Positions 51,230-64,000 of a stretch of 64,000 nucleotides of DNA are shown here, one piece after another. This DNA comes from Azolla caroliniana (taxonomy: Eukaryota > Plantae > Polypodiophyta): positions 15,934,001 through 15,998,000 of the forward strand of contig JBHGNT010000006.1 in NCBI GenBank assembly GCA_043228905.1. The letters are read 5' to 3'. Numbering within the stretch: position 1 is the stretch's first letter; the number at the start of each line of letters is the position of its first letter. Under the pieces are notes generated by a model that searched no databases, had not been told where the DNA came from, and saw only the letters and a program-made list of their open reading frames with translations. A program made the position numbers and the translations under genes.

Positions 51230-53129
51230 TAACCTTTGTCCGACAAGGTACTGATGCATCTTGTACTCCCAAGATGCGAAGTTTGTTCTATCGAGCTTCT
51301 CGGTCGGAAGAACGCTTCCCATCTGAGTGTTCATTGTCGAACTTCTTCTACTCTTGATGCGAGCTGTGCAGAAATCATTGTTGCAGTGATCAGTTGGTTC
51401 TCTGCTAACTTGAGCACAACACACGTGAAGGCGATGGGCTTGGATCAAGCTACCACACACTTTGATACCATGTAAAGAATCAAGGGTGATTCTGTACAGC
51501 GGAAGGACTATGTGTGTGTGTGTATGTGCACATGAGACAAGAGAGAGAATGAGAGAGAGAGAACTATAACAAGAAATTATATATTACATCCAACAGTAAC
51601 TAAGTTACAAAAGGGTTGGTTTAAGTACCAACTAGGCTAGCGCAAATGCCCTTTCAACTATTTACGAAACTAGCCTGGTATGTCCATGAGCTAGTGTGAA
51701 ACCTATCTCTATGGGAAGTTCAGTTCGACTCTCAACATGTCCGCTTGGGCTTCAATTGATTTGGCTCTTCCGAATCAAATTCCTCGATTTAATTGGGTAT
51801 CTCTGATTCGTTCCGGCTCTTGTTAGAATTGGCTGTCTCCAACTCTTCCCCCTTCAGACCCTTGACCACATTTGCCCATGTCTTGGTCTTGGCCTTCGCT
51901 CGGTCGGCTCTATCCTTTTTGACTCTATCACCTCTTTTGCCCTTCTCTGTTGTCCGTCCCATGGCTCGATTGGCTCTGCTTCCGGCTTTCGTCTGACTAG
52001 TCTCCACTTTTCCGATCTTCCTACACATGTCCATTTGCCCTCGGCTTCTTCAGCCAATCCGAACATTTTGGCTTCTTTAGTTGGTCCGAAATAGAATTCG
52101 TCATCCGATTTGGCTTTCCGGACATCATCATCTCTCTCCTCCTTTTCCTCCTCCTTTTCGGCTCTATCTTTATCTCTCCCCCTCAAGCTCGCATATCGAG
52201 GTGCTGGAGACCAAGCATGCCTGAAAATTGCCGCAACTTGTCCAAGCCGAGAGGTTTAGCAAAGATGTCAGCAATCAACCGATTCGTCGAAACATGCACT
52301 AGTTCGTCTTCACTTGAGAGTACTCGTTCTCAGACAAAATGGTAATGCACCTCAATGTGCTTTGTTTGGGCATGGAAGATGGGGTTCCTCACTAGTTGGA
52401 TGCTGCTAAGGTTGTCTTAGTAGATCGTCGTCGGACCGGATACCTCCACTTACAGATCCTTCAATAACCATTTGAGCCAAATGGTCTCCCATGTCGCGAC
52501 AACCGCTCCTCTATACTCGGCCTCAGTGCTCGACAGTGCCATTGTGGGCTGCTTTCTGCTGCTCCAAGCAACTGCGGCGATTCCAAGTGAAAATGCGAAT
52601 CCGGATGTTGACCGGAGATCTCTAGCATTTCCAGCCCAATCAACATTCGTATAGCCAACAAGTTGTCCAACTATACCAGCCTGATACAACAACACTTGGT
52701 CCTTAGTGTCACTAACATACCGCATTATCTGATGTGCGCACTGCATATGTTCGACGGTGAGTTGCAACATAAATTGACTTATATCAGTTTGACCAGATAA
52801 CTGAGGTTCGGTTGAGTGATCGTCAAATAAATCAGGATCCCCAAAATTTTCCGGAACCATGTTGCGTCGCATGCTGCTCTTGACCCTTGGGGAAGCTTAA
52901 TATTTCGGTCTAGAGGAGTTGAGACGGACTTGCATTCCTTCATACCGAATTTGAAGAACATACTCAACACATAATGGCATTGAGTGATTAGTATGCCTTC
53001 CAGGGTGCGGATCACTTCGATATTGAGAAAGTAATGAAGGTCCCCAAGATCCATCATTTCGAACTTCTACTGCGAGTTCGGACTTGATGCGGTTGATTTG
53101 TTCCAGGTTAGCGCCGGGGATGTTACTGA

Positions 53130-54591
53130 TGTCGCGAAAATACGACGAGGATACGTGAACGTTGAGGCAAGACCCCGGGGCCTTTGACTAGAGGATATCA
53201 AATTCGTGTATTTATGTACTAAGAATTAACCGAAATGAGAAAGATTAACAAATTTCATTAACAAGTAGAAAGAAAGATTACAATTAATCCCGAGATTGGG
53301 ATTACAAAAAGTTTTCTAATGGAGATGGCTAGAGTAATAGATTAGAGGAAATGAAGATATGAATTCTATAGAAAATTAGGGTTTTTGGCTTTGATAAGAG
53401 ATTATGGTTTTATGAGTTGAATAGCTTCCGTATGGAAATTTAGAGTTATGAGTAAGATACGGCTTCGATAAGATAGGGGAGCTCAAAGAAAAGAAAAAAA
53501 ATTAAGATCATATGGAGAGTGCCCCAGTGTAGGAAAAAAAATGGAATATATATGGAGTTCTCCCTTGATCATAGCCTTTCCACTTTTTGATGCATGGCCT
53601 CTACTTTTAGTTGCTTAGCTTTTTCTTTTAGTTGCATCTATTTTTAGTTGCATGGCTTTTTCGTTTAGTTGCATGTGACCGTCCACATGACCTTTACTTT
53701 TTGCATGCACTCCAACTTTAGTTGCTTGCGTCCACATGGCCTTTACTTTAGTTCTCTTCACTTTACTTTAGTTTGTTGCATGATCCCATCTTCCGTCCGT
53801 CTGCGTACAACCTCGTCCGGTAGCCGGTTCCGCGTGATCCCCGAATCCCTCGCCGGCCGGTTCCATTTTGCTTGCCGGTTGCGGTTGCGGTTTTGCTTAC
53901 CGGCCAGTTTCCGGTTTTGCTTTCCGGACGGTTCCGGTTCCGGTTTTGCTTGCCGGCCGATTCCGGTTCCGGTTTGCTTGCCGGTTTCGGTTCCGGTGTT
54001 GCTTACCGGCCGGTTTCCGGTTTTGCTTGCCGGCCGATTTCCGATTTTAGGGAATTTGGCCACCATCATCCATTAAGACAAAGTGGCCAAAGTGCTCTTA
54101 GCACAAATGAAAAATGTGGGAGCTCAAGGTGCTTATGTAGCCAGGGCCTTAACTTTCCTATCTATGTGGGTTCCGGTTTTGCTTGCCGGCCGATTCCGGT
54201 TCCGGTTTGCTTGCCGGTTCCAGTTCCGGTGTTGCTTACCGGCCAGTTTCCAGTTTTGCTTGCCGGCCGGTTTCCGATTTTAGGGAATTTGGCCACCATC
54301 ATCCATTAAGACAAAGTGGCCAAAGTGCTCTTAGCACAAATGAAAAATGTAGGAGCTCAAGGTGCTTATGTAGCCAGGGCCTTAACTTTCCTATCTATGT
54401 GGGATAGTTCTAATTCCCTATCTTCTCAAACTTTATTTTCACATAACTTGATATGTATTTCTCCATTTTGTATATAGTAAAACCGTTTTGAAGCTCTCGA
54501 GTATATCCATCTTTCTATAGTAAGCTACTAATCTAATCTATAATAATTATTTCATTATTTTTTTACATAGTGTGTGAAGATTCACACGACA
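53130..54591 (-). mobile_element. Solo LTR of the TGTCG...CGACA family
   Basis: TGTCG...CGACA termini and 4-bp TSD ctga/ccga. CCGG-rich block at 53820-54050 and a 233-bp tandem duplication (53936-54168 and 54169-54402). Confidence 0.8.
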
Positions 54592-54603
54592 CCGATTAGG
54601 AAT

Positions 54604-57600
54604 TGTCATGATATGGCAAGACTCGAACCCATGACCTTATGCTACATGGGTCGAGCTCTTACCATTAGACTATGAATTGTAATTTGTAGGATATTATTTT
54701 CATTTATACTTTATCTTAGAAAATTGATGTATATTCCAGATCTCTCTGGAACTTTCTAGAAGCTTCAGGATTATTCCTAAAAACACTATAAAAGGAGGCA
54801 CAAGGCATTGTTTTGAACCAAATTGGTTCAACGCCAGTCTTAAGCCTCTTAGCCACTTTGTACTTATCTTTTCACATAATATATTAGCTGTTGTCATCAT
54901 CTTTCTCTCTCTCTCATTCTCGCTATCGCCCTTTCTCCTCTTCTCACTTCCTCTCTCGGGAATCTTATGCAGTCCTGTCCTCTTAGTACTAATAGTACTG
55001 CTCTTCTTTAGTACTAATTCCATCTCTGCTTTAGTACTATTCCTGACAGTTTGAACCAAAATTTCCTCCAGCCTACTTGTCATTCTCCCTCATCCTCTTA
55101 CCCTTTTCCCTATACTATGGCTACTGTTAGCGCCCAAGAATATCAATCCGTTTTCTTTGAGCTACAATTCCTAAAAGAAAAGTTTGTTGCCCTGGAACAA
55201 GAAAACCAATGGTTGATAGGGGATCTACAACAAATCGATCTAGAAAAACAACAAACGCAACAACAACATGGGGAGTTAGCGTTATGGGTACAACAACTCG
55301 AAGCAGCGTTGCAACAACAAGGATCAAGTCCCGAAGGATTTCATAAAGAGCCCAAGATTGGCCTTCCTGTGAAATTTGATGGAACGCGATCGCAATTCCA
55401 GGGATTCCTTAATGAGGTACGCTTAGTCATCCAGATGCATCCTTCCTGATATCCCACTGATGCATCTCGAGTCGGCCTAATAGGCACGTTACTTAGCGGC
55501 TCAGCCTTGGCATGGTTCGCTCCGCTTCTAGAAAATCAATCGCCCTTGCTTAATAACTTTGAAGATTTTATTGGTGAGTTTAAAGCCTGCTTTGGAGATA
55601 CCGACAACATCAGGACGTAGATCAACAAGATCCGAAGATTGCGTCAAGGCAATCGTCCAGCCTCTGCCTATGCGGCAGATTTCCATCTACTCGCCTCAGA
55701 TATCCCCTGGGATGATCAGGCCCTCATGGAGTAGTTTCGCTACGGCTTGCGCAACGATGTCAAAGACTTGCTTTTAACCTTCCCTGAAGAACCAAAGTCT
55801 CTTACGGAGGCAATCAGTCGAGCGGTCCGATGCGACAACCGCCTTTTCAAATGACATTCGGAACATCAGTTACAAATGCCACGCTCTCGGCCGGAACCCA
55901 CATATGCCTCAGTCACAGCTAAACCATTTGCACGCGATGTACCTCAAGCCAATATTCCAACACCGATGGAGATCGACACCATGCGTTGACGCGGCCCATT
56001 ATCGAAAGAAGAAAAGCAACGACGACGTGCCAATCGATTATGTCTTTATTGCGGTGGACCAGGGCATATTGCCATCAATTGTCCCCATAGGCCAAGAAGA
56101 CAGATAAATCAAATCGTCGCCTGTACTAAACCCGAGTCAATTCTTCCCTTCAGAGTGTCTGATAGTATTCATAGTACTAATAGAGTGTCAGATAGTATTC
56201 ATAGTACTAATAGCCCAAGTATCTCAAACAAAGTTGAAATCCTTAGTTAATTAGATGAAGAATTAAATGATTGAGTCCAGCCAAAATAGGAGCCGTTTGG
56301 TTGGACAACAGCCCTAGATTTGTATAGCCCATTAGTGGTTCCATTCCTTCCAAGAAAGTTAGCAATGTGTTCCTAGCCCAAGTCATTGTTAGTACTAAAA
56401 GTACTCCCCCAGTACCCGTCCTAGCACTTTTAGATTCCGGAGCTAATTCCTGTTTCATGGATCGAAATTTTGCCCAAGCTTCTCAGATATCCTTAAGAAA
56501 ACTTCCTTGTCCCGCATTTGTAGTAGTCATTGATGGTCGTCCCATTGCTTCCGGGAATATTGTAGAAGAATCAGACCATTCAAATTGTCCTAGGTAGTTT
56601 TGTGTGTGTAATATCATTTAATATAATTAGTAGTCCAGAGCATCCCATTGTCCTAGGATTACCTTGGTTTGAATTACATAATCCAGCCATAGATTGGAGA
56701 ACAAGAGAAGTCCGATATCGACCACCCCAAGAATCTACTCACCGAGTTTCGACCATTTCACTCCATCAACTACGCGAAGAAGGACCCAAGGAGGCAATGT
56801 TCCTATTTGCAATATCAGTACACCCTTCCAGCACTATTAAGAAGGACTCCCCAATACAACTTCCGGCAAAATATCATCCTTATGCTGATGTATTTGACAA
56901 GGTAAAAGCCGGTACCCTTCCTCATCACCGTCCCTATGACTATCCCATCGATTTACAACTAGGAACCGAGCCACCATGGGGACCAATTTACAACATGTCA
57001 CCCACCGAGCTAGAAGTCCTTCGAGCCTACATAGAGGAGAACTTGGCAAGCGGGTTCATCCGTCATTCGAAATCTCCAGCCGGTGCACCCATCTTCTTTG
57101 TCAAGAAGAAAGATGGCTCACTTCGTCTCGTCGTTGATTACCGCGGATTGAATAAGGTCACCATCCGGAATAGGTATGCACTTCCTCTTATATCAAGTCT
57201 TTTAGAGCGAGTTAAGGGTGCCAAGTTTTTTACTAAAATCGATCTATGAGGAGTGTATAACCTCGTGCGGATCCGACCGGGAGATGAATGGAAGACCGCC
57301 TTTCGCATGCGGTATGGGCATTTCAAGTATACTGTTATGCCGTTCGGCCTAACCAATGCACCCGCAGTCTTCCAACACATGGCAAATGATATATTCAGAG
57401 ACCTCTTGGATATCTGTTTGATCATCTATTTGGATGATCTATTGATTTATTCGAAGATCCAAGAAGAGCATGATTCTCATGTACTATTAGTACTAAAATG
57501 ACTCCGCGAGAATGGTCTTTATGCCAAGCTAGAAAAATGTAGCTTTGATTACAAGCAAGTGGAATTTCTAGGCTACGTCATCTCCTCAAAGGGCATCGCC

Positions 57601-60124
57601 ATGGATCCAACTAAAGTCCAAACTGTACTCGAGTGGCAAATTCCACGGTCGGTACGAGATGTACAATGTTTTCTAGGTTTTGCTAACTTCTACCGTAAGT
57701 TTATACAGGATTACTCGATGATTATTTTACCTCTCACACAACTTACGAAGAAGGGCCAAGCATTTCTTTGGTCCATTGAAGTAGATATGGCTTTTCGGCA
57801 TCTTAAGAAAGCCTTTACATCAGCACCGATTCTAGCTCATGTGGATACAAGCAAACCATTCATCATGGAGGCCGACACATCAGATTTCGCCCTCGATAGC
57901 ATCCTTTCTCAACAAGGAGATAAAGAAGAGTTGCATCCTGTGGCTTTCTATTCGCGCAAATTCGATGTCGTGGAAATCAACTACGAAATACATGACAAGG
58001 AGTTATTAGCCATCGTGGATTCATTTGTGCAATGACGACATTTCTTAGAGGGCACTCCACATCAGGTCATTGTCTTTAGCGATCATAAAAATCTTGCTTA
58101 TTTCCAGAATGCTCCTGTACTAAATCGACGGCAAGCTCGGTGGGCGCAATTCCTCACGCGTTTCGACTTCAAATCACATATCGACCGGGGAAGCAGCAAG
58201 GAAAAGCAGATGCACTATCACGACGTTCATATCTTGCACCTCGTCCTGGTGATCCAACATTTGATAATCAAAAGCAAGTAATCTTGGGACCAACACGATT
58301 GCACACGACGCGGATTTTTCACACCCCGACGGATTCACGGATTACCGATGACATACGTGCAAACTTGAAGATGGATAGTTTTGCTTGATAAGACATCCTG
58401 ACGCACATTGATACTTCTTGGGCATCCTGTTCTTAGTCTCAACAACCAGGTATTGACAACCGACAATTCGAATATCATGATGGTTTGTTATTCTTTAAAA
58501 AGCACATATATGTCCCCGGTTGCTCATGTCGCCTTCAAATCGTCCAGCATTGTCACGACACCCATACGGTGGGACATTTCGGTAGTACTAAGACATTGGA
58601 GCTAGTGCAACAATCTTTTTGGTAGCCCCACATGCACCGTTTTGTCGATGACTATGTTCGGACATGTGATGCTTGCTGCCGAGCAAAGATGCCATGACAC
58701 CATCCATATGGCTTGTTGGAACCCTTACCGATTCCAAGTAAGCCGTGGCAATCTATTTGTCTTGATTTTATCACATATCTTCTGGTCTCGAAGGGGTTCG
58801 ATGCTATCTTAACCGTCGTCGATCGATATACGAAGATGGCACATTTTGTGCCGTGTACTAAGGCGTGAGGGATTTCGGCATCATGGCCTCCTAGACAGTA
58901 TCATCAGTGACCGAGGACTGCAATTTGTCTCCAAATTTTGGCAGCATCTCTTCAAGATGCTCAAGGTCTCTTGCAACCTCTCCTCCGGCTACCATCCTCA
59001 AACCGATGGGCAGGCGGAACGAACAAACCAAACGCTGGAGCAATATCTCCGGTGTTTCCTGAGTTATCAACAGGACGATTGGGTCGAGATTCTCCACTTT
59101 GCGGAGTTTGCGTATAATAATGCTATTCACTCCTCGATTCAGGTCTCCCCATTTTTCGCTTATACCGGTTTCCATCCTCGTTGATCGGTGATCGACACCC
59201 CGGAGCTACCTACCAACCCTCGTGTCGAGGATCATTTGGAGAGGCTACGCAAGATCCAGATGGATCTCTCTACTCACCTTCGTCATGCTCAACACACATA
59301 GAAGACTTATGCGGATCGTCATCAGATTCCCTCCTCTTTTGCCATCGGAGATCGAGTATGGCTCTTACGTCGTCACATCAAGACTACTCGACCGTGTGAC
59401 AAGTTGGATTATCGACGACTCGGTCCTTTCCGTATTACGGGTAAGGTTAATGATGTCACATTCCACAGCTTTAGATACATCCGGTTTTCCATTGTTCTTT
59501 TCTTGAACCTTATAAAGAAAACACCATTCCCGATCGTGTGACACCACCGCCGCCCCCGCTGGAGTTGGACGCCGGCCCGGAGTATGAAGTTGCTGCCATC
59601 CTCGATTCCAAACTTGTTCGCAACAAAATTTATTATTTGGCCGATTGGCTCGGTTGTAGTCGGAGCGAACGTACTTGGGAACCCGTCGAGCATGTTGCCA
59701 ATGCTCAAGATCTTCTTGCTGATTTCCACCGAAAGTATCCGGACAAACCTGGTCCACAATCAGCGCTGACTCATTCCACTCGTCGTCTTTAAGGGGGAGA
59801 TAGTGTCATGATATGGCAAGACTCGAACCCATGACCTTATGCTAAATGGATCGAGTTCTTACCATTAGACTATGAATTGTAATTTGTCGGATATTATTTT
59901 CATTTATGTTTTATCATAGAAAATTGCTGTATATTCCAGATCTCTCTGGAACATTCTAGAAGCTTCAGGATTATTCCTAAAAACACTATAAAAGGAGGCA
60001 CAAGGCATTGTTTTGAACCAAATTGGTTCAACGCCAGTCTTAAGCCTCTTAGCCACTTTGTACAAGTATCTTTTCACATAATATATTAGCTGCTGTCATC
60101 ATCTTTCTCCCTCTCTCATTCTCG

Positions 60125-60166
<42 letters not shown>

Positions 60167-60272
60167 CTCACTTCCTCTCTCGGGAATCTTACGCAGTCCC
60201 GCCCTCTTAGTACTAATAGTACTGCTCCTCTTTAGTACTAATTCCATCTCTGCTTTAGTACTATTCTTGACA
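54604..60272 (+). mobile_element. Full-length degenerate chromovirus (Tcn1/Tf1-sushi-like Gypsy)
   Basis: LTRs 54604-55048 and 59804-60272. TSD ggaat/ggaac. PPT 59791-59803. Gag EPKIGLPVKFDGTRSQF and [29 protein letters not shown], and chromodomain EYEVAAILDS...TWEP at 59580-59750. Many CGA-to-TGA stops. Confidence 0.95.
54610..54676 (-). promoter_or_regulatory. tRNA-like Pol III A/B-box cassette at the LTR 5' end (second copy at ~59810-59876)
   Basis: The minus strand reads TAGTCTAATGGTAAG...AGGTC.ATGGGTTCGAGTCTTGC: A box at 54672-54661 and B box at 54630-54620, with tRNA-like spacing. Confidence 0.6.
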
Positions 60273-63200
60273 GGAACACGGTCTGCGGTCAGTCCTTCGA
60301 CCTAGAGCTCCAAGTGATTGTGAAACAATGAATGGTGGCGTCTATGCGTAATGCGTAGGGGAATGTTCCCCGTAACCTATTAGCATATAAGGGAGACGGC
60401 TACAACCGACTCCTTAGCAGTGGTTACACTCACGTTCTTACATGCTTAGGTATTCCAGACACAGTAGATTAGCCGTAGCTATACACAGACTTTCAGAGAA
60501 GATAGAATTCTATTACGATACGCTTCTTTACATTCCAAAATACACGCTCCCTCTATCTGAGGTTTTCTGCCCTTTATATACACAGGGTCTATTTAGCCAT
60601 TCACGCTTCCTGCATAAACCGTTACATGCATTATGATCTTATATTATTTCTTATTCCTACGCTCTTGTCCGTCGGTTACTATTCCGGCAGACAACACCTG
60701 GCACACCTGTGGGACAATGCCCTAGCACGTTGGACCCATCCCGTTAATCTTCTTCCAAAATGGCCTGGATGTTTGGCTCTGCTACGGTGTCTGCATCCGG
60801 AGGCGACATAGGGCCTGTAGGTGCATCGTGGTGTGGTTGCCTTGTTTGGTCGGAATGGCTTCTCCAGGTGTCGCAATCGTCGTGTGTGGGCGGTCCAGGT
60901 ACGGTGGGCTCTTCCTAAGCTATTGGGTTTGGTTCCACCGTCGTCGTGCTTGCGGTCGGCCGCGGCTCTATCTCAATCGTTACTTCCTCCGTGGTGCCGA
61001 CCGTCTTTGTACGCTGAAGGGAGTGGGGTTGCGATTCCTCCTGGCCCACAACGTTCTCCCTATGGTCCGCCGATAGTGTGGGCTCTTGCGGATGGAGCTC
61101 TTCTTGGGCATCGGTTTGCTTTCTGGTACTGTCGGGGACTCCGCTCGTCGGTCCGCGCTGTTCACCGTCATTGTAATTTCTGGTGATCTGGCGTGAGGTT
61201 CCTCTTCTTCGGCCGTGCTCGGAATTGGCGTCGTGCTGGATTCCTCATTTGTTCGTGTGTTGCCGGCTTGTGTGATCTGGTGAAATAGCTCCTCCTGGCT
61301 TTCACCAAAATCATCTAAGAGCTGCGTGAGTTCTTCGGAATGTTGGTCCGCTAGTGCACGATAGTCTTGCGCTAGGTCCTCGCGTATGGCCGCAATGCTC
61401 TCCTCATTTAGTTTATAGAAACCTCGACCGTCTTTTTGCCGGTTCTCCCAGTCCGCACGATACGCATGCAATTCCGCTGCTTGGGTTGCCCACGCCATCC
61501 ATCATTTGTCCAACACTATTTTCAATTGCGCTGTGAACCTCTCCCGATTTGTTTGGAGAAGGATACACACGTTGTTTGTGATGGCCTGGCAACGGTTGCG
61601 TGCGTCCTCCATCGACTTCGTGAGGTTTGCAATTTCTTGCTGCCTAACCGCCGCCGCTTCTTCGTACGTGGTCTTCAAGCCCGCCCACAGCTGGGATTCC
61701 TTTGCATGTTGTTCTTCTAATTTCCCTATTTCATTGTTTAGGAGGATTTTGAGATGATGCCTTCTTTCCTGTTCGACCACCAGCTGCTCGTCGAACCATA
61801 CCTTCTTTTTCTCCAATAAGGCCCGAAGTCCCGTGATTGCTGCCTCCGATTTCTTCGCTTCATCTCGTAATTGGGCGTTTTCGTCTTTTGTCCGGATGTG
61901 CTGAGCTACCTCCGTAGCGAGTCTGTCTTCAAGGGTTTTTACTGCCTTCTGGCCGTTAGCCTGGATCTCCTTTTCTCTGTCTGAGGATTGGTGTAGTTCA
62001 GCTCGAAGGCGGTCAATTTTTGATTCTGCTAGTTGCACGACCCTTTTCGCTTTTGAGGCGATGGCGGTTTGAGCCTCAATTTCTTCCTTCAAAGCGTCGA
62101 TGGCATGGTTTGGTGGTGGAGTTGCGTGTTGCACCGTAGTTGCGTTGGCTTCCAACTCCGCGATGCGTTCGTTGTGGGCTTTTTGCAGCTTGGCTTAGGT
62201 CATTTTCACCTTCTTCCAGACATTCTTATTTTTATGGTCATCTCCTTGGCGCCCGTGCTGACCTTTGCCAGTTCCCTATGGACTTCGACTAGGGCCGTGT
62301 TTAATGGGGGTAGCTCCATCCCCACTCGGCGTACCCCGACGTTCCTCTGTTTGCCGACCCTGGCTAGCCGGTCCACATCGTCGCTCTCCGTTGTTTGTGT
62401 TAGGGCGCGCTCGATCATCTGGCGCTCCGCGTGCTCCTCCGCCATTCGTTGGGAGGCCTTTATCTGTTGCGTTGCCAGGAATTCCATGAGCTCAAAAGAG
62501 GTTCCGAACTATAAGAGGGTGCTGAACTCATGGGCCGTATCCGGGATATTTGGATATGCCAAAACCTCGCTTTCCGCTGTCAATACGGCTTTCCCTCGTT
62601 GGGACTGGTTCGTAATGATCGGTCGTGGCTCCCCGATGATTTCGAAGGTGGTATTGGGCTCCGTAGCTGCGGAGCCATTGCCTTCGGACATTGTCTCTAC
62701 CGCCGTGGGGACGTCTTTGACCAATCCCCGCCCATCTTTCCTGTCCATTTTATGTCATTTCGGTCTGGGGTGGGGGCGTGGGTTCTGTACGCCCATAACA
62801 CACTCTGTAATTTGGTATGCCAATCCGTTCAATTTTCATTCGCAATGTCTTGTTGGTGGATTCCGCTAACCCATTCGCCTGTGGATAATATGGCGTACTC
62901 TTCTTATAGACTATGACGTAATGATGTGTTAGTTCCCGAGCCACCGTATTGAGAAAGTGACTCCCCTGGTCACTGATGAGCTCAATCAGACAGCTGAACC
63001 GACACCAGATGTGCTCGTAAAGGAATCTTGCTGTGACGGCCGCCGTATTTTCTCGTAGTGCCTTTGCTTCTACCAACTTGGTGCAATAATCTGTGGCTAC
63101 CAATATGTATTTATTGCCCGTAGGGGCCGCCGCCGGTGTGAAGGGGCCCACAAAATCCAATCCCCACTTTTGGAAGGGGTCTAGCGGTAATACTGGCTGG

Positions 63201-63701
63201 TGTGGCATTTCTTGCGCCCTCTGTGGGCTGGCCCATCAGTCGACACAAATCCCACTCTCTACAATACTCCGATGCGTCCTTCTGCATTGTCAGCCAGCAT
63301 AAGCCCGCCTGCCATATTTTCCGGGCTGTAACATCGCCTGTGTAATGGCCGCCTGCCGAGCCGCAGTGCGCCTCCCGTAAAACTGTTTCTTTCTCATCCT
63401 GACGTACCCCACGTCGCCAAATGCCGTCACTTCCTTTGTGATATAAAACTCCTTCTACGAGGTAGAAGTTACGGCTTCGCACGGCTAGTCGTTTCTTCTC
63501 GTCCGTGCGTAATTGTGGTGGAGACAGTCCCGTAGTCAAAAAGTATGTCATTTCCATAAGCCACCGGTCCGGAAAGGTCGATTCCGTTCTTTCTGCTAGT
63601 GCTGCTACCCGCAAGATGTCGGCGTCCGGAAAATCGTCGTCATCTTTCTGCACTGTTTCTCCATTCTCGAGTTTGCTCAAAAAATCTGCCACTGCGTGTT
63701 G

Positions 63702-64000
63702 TGTTACCGGCCGGCAAGGAGTCCAAAATACGGAGTGAAGGAATTAATTAAGTATGGTTGTAAATAAGCCTAGTATGGACGGACGGACTGGAAACGGTAT
63801 GCCGTTCCAGATCCGGACGGATCCCGAATAGGTGCGTTAGGCACCGTTTTGTACTACGGGCCGGAAACCTATTTAAAGGCCCGGACCCCATTGTAATCGC
63901 AGCGGATAATTAATAGAGCATATGGTGTTTATACTTCTGTGTTGATTTCCGTTCTGTACTTACTGTTATATCTTACGCGTGTAATTAACAAAAGCGATCT
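63702..64000 (+). mobile_element. Start of another LTR inserted in Gypsy H pol; runs off the window
   Basis: Pol (QHAVADFLS) breaks abruptly at TGTTACC. TATA-like cctatttaaagg at ~63870, followed by a T-rich tgtaa region. Confidence 0.7.

Larger units (their letters stand above)
37477..51737 (-). mobile_element. Copia element D, degenerate, with three further levels of insertion
   Basis: 267-bp LTRs at 37477-37743 and 51471-51737 with a few mismatches. TSD catcc/tgtcc, both derivable from cgtcc. PBS 51461-51470. Gag 50000-51330, PR/IN 48630-49850, RT 47800-48240 and 38450-38790, RH 37900-38450. Confidence 0.9.
36807..53120 (-). mobile_element. Copia element F (3' LTR, 3' extension, RH and part of RT); hosts nested elements
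   Basis: 3' LTR ~36807-37246 (left edge uncertain). PPT 37247-37258. RH/RT at 52190-53120 (MMDLGDLHYFL, DWAG...RSTSG, ALSSTEAEY). Split by Copia D and cut at 53120 by Gypsy H. Confidence 0.75.
53121..63701 (-). mobile_element. Gypsy element H (relative of A): interrupted 3' LTR, extra ORF, integrase
   Basis: LTR begins tgtta at 53121 and resumes at 54592-54603 and 60273-~60716. Extra ORF fragments 60980-62750. Integrase 62770-63701 (EAHCGSAGGH, WGLDFVGP, DYCTKLVEA, YYPQANGLAE). Confidence 0.8.

Noticed and set aside
53669-54407. R/G/P-rich ORFs
   Set aside because: They arise from CCGG-rich LTR repeats that lack stop codons.
54604-54680. Functional tRNA gene
   Set aside because: The acceptor and anticodon stems do not pair convincingly; reported only as a tRNA-like promoter cassette.

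Overview
Eukaryotic, TE-dense plant DNA. A non-seed land plant such as a fern is inferred from the TE lineages present; the species cannot be determined from this window. One intact host gene is present: a 6-exon OSBP-related ORP4-like gene (minus strand, 28560-31065). It sits among nested Ty1/Copia and Ty3/Gypsy LTR retrotransposons, solo LTRs and fragments. The left end (1 to ~13970) is a degenerate DDD-type, Sola2-like DNA transposon. Convergent with its transposase is a spliced accessory gene region with a RING-like exon and an FCP1/NIF HAD-like exon, and one intron is an array of the palindrome TAGCTAATTAGCTA. A 297-bp MITE carries the same palindrome, GGG...CCC TIRs and a 4-bp TSD. It has inserted exactly into the PBS of a very young Copia (41330-47042), implying recent activity of such a family. 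Other points of note: a tRNA-Trp-primed Gypsy family inserting at CpG-centred 4-bp targets; a Tcn1-like chromovirus with a self-priming signature and an antisense tRNA-like cassette in its LTR; an extra coiled-coil ORF conserved between two diverged Gypsy families; and a Gag capsid swap between two sister Copia elements. All calls are by eye, with no database searches. Boundaries marked ~ are approximate.
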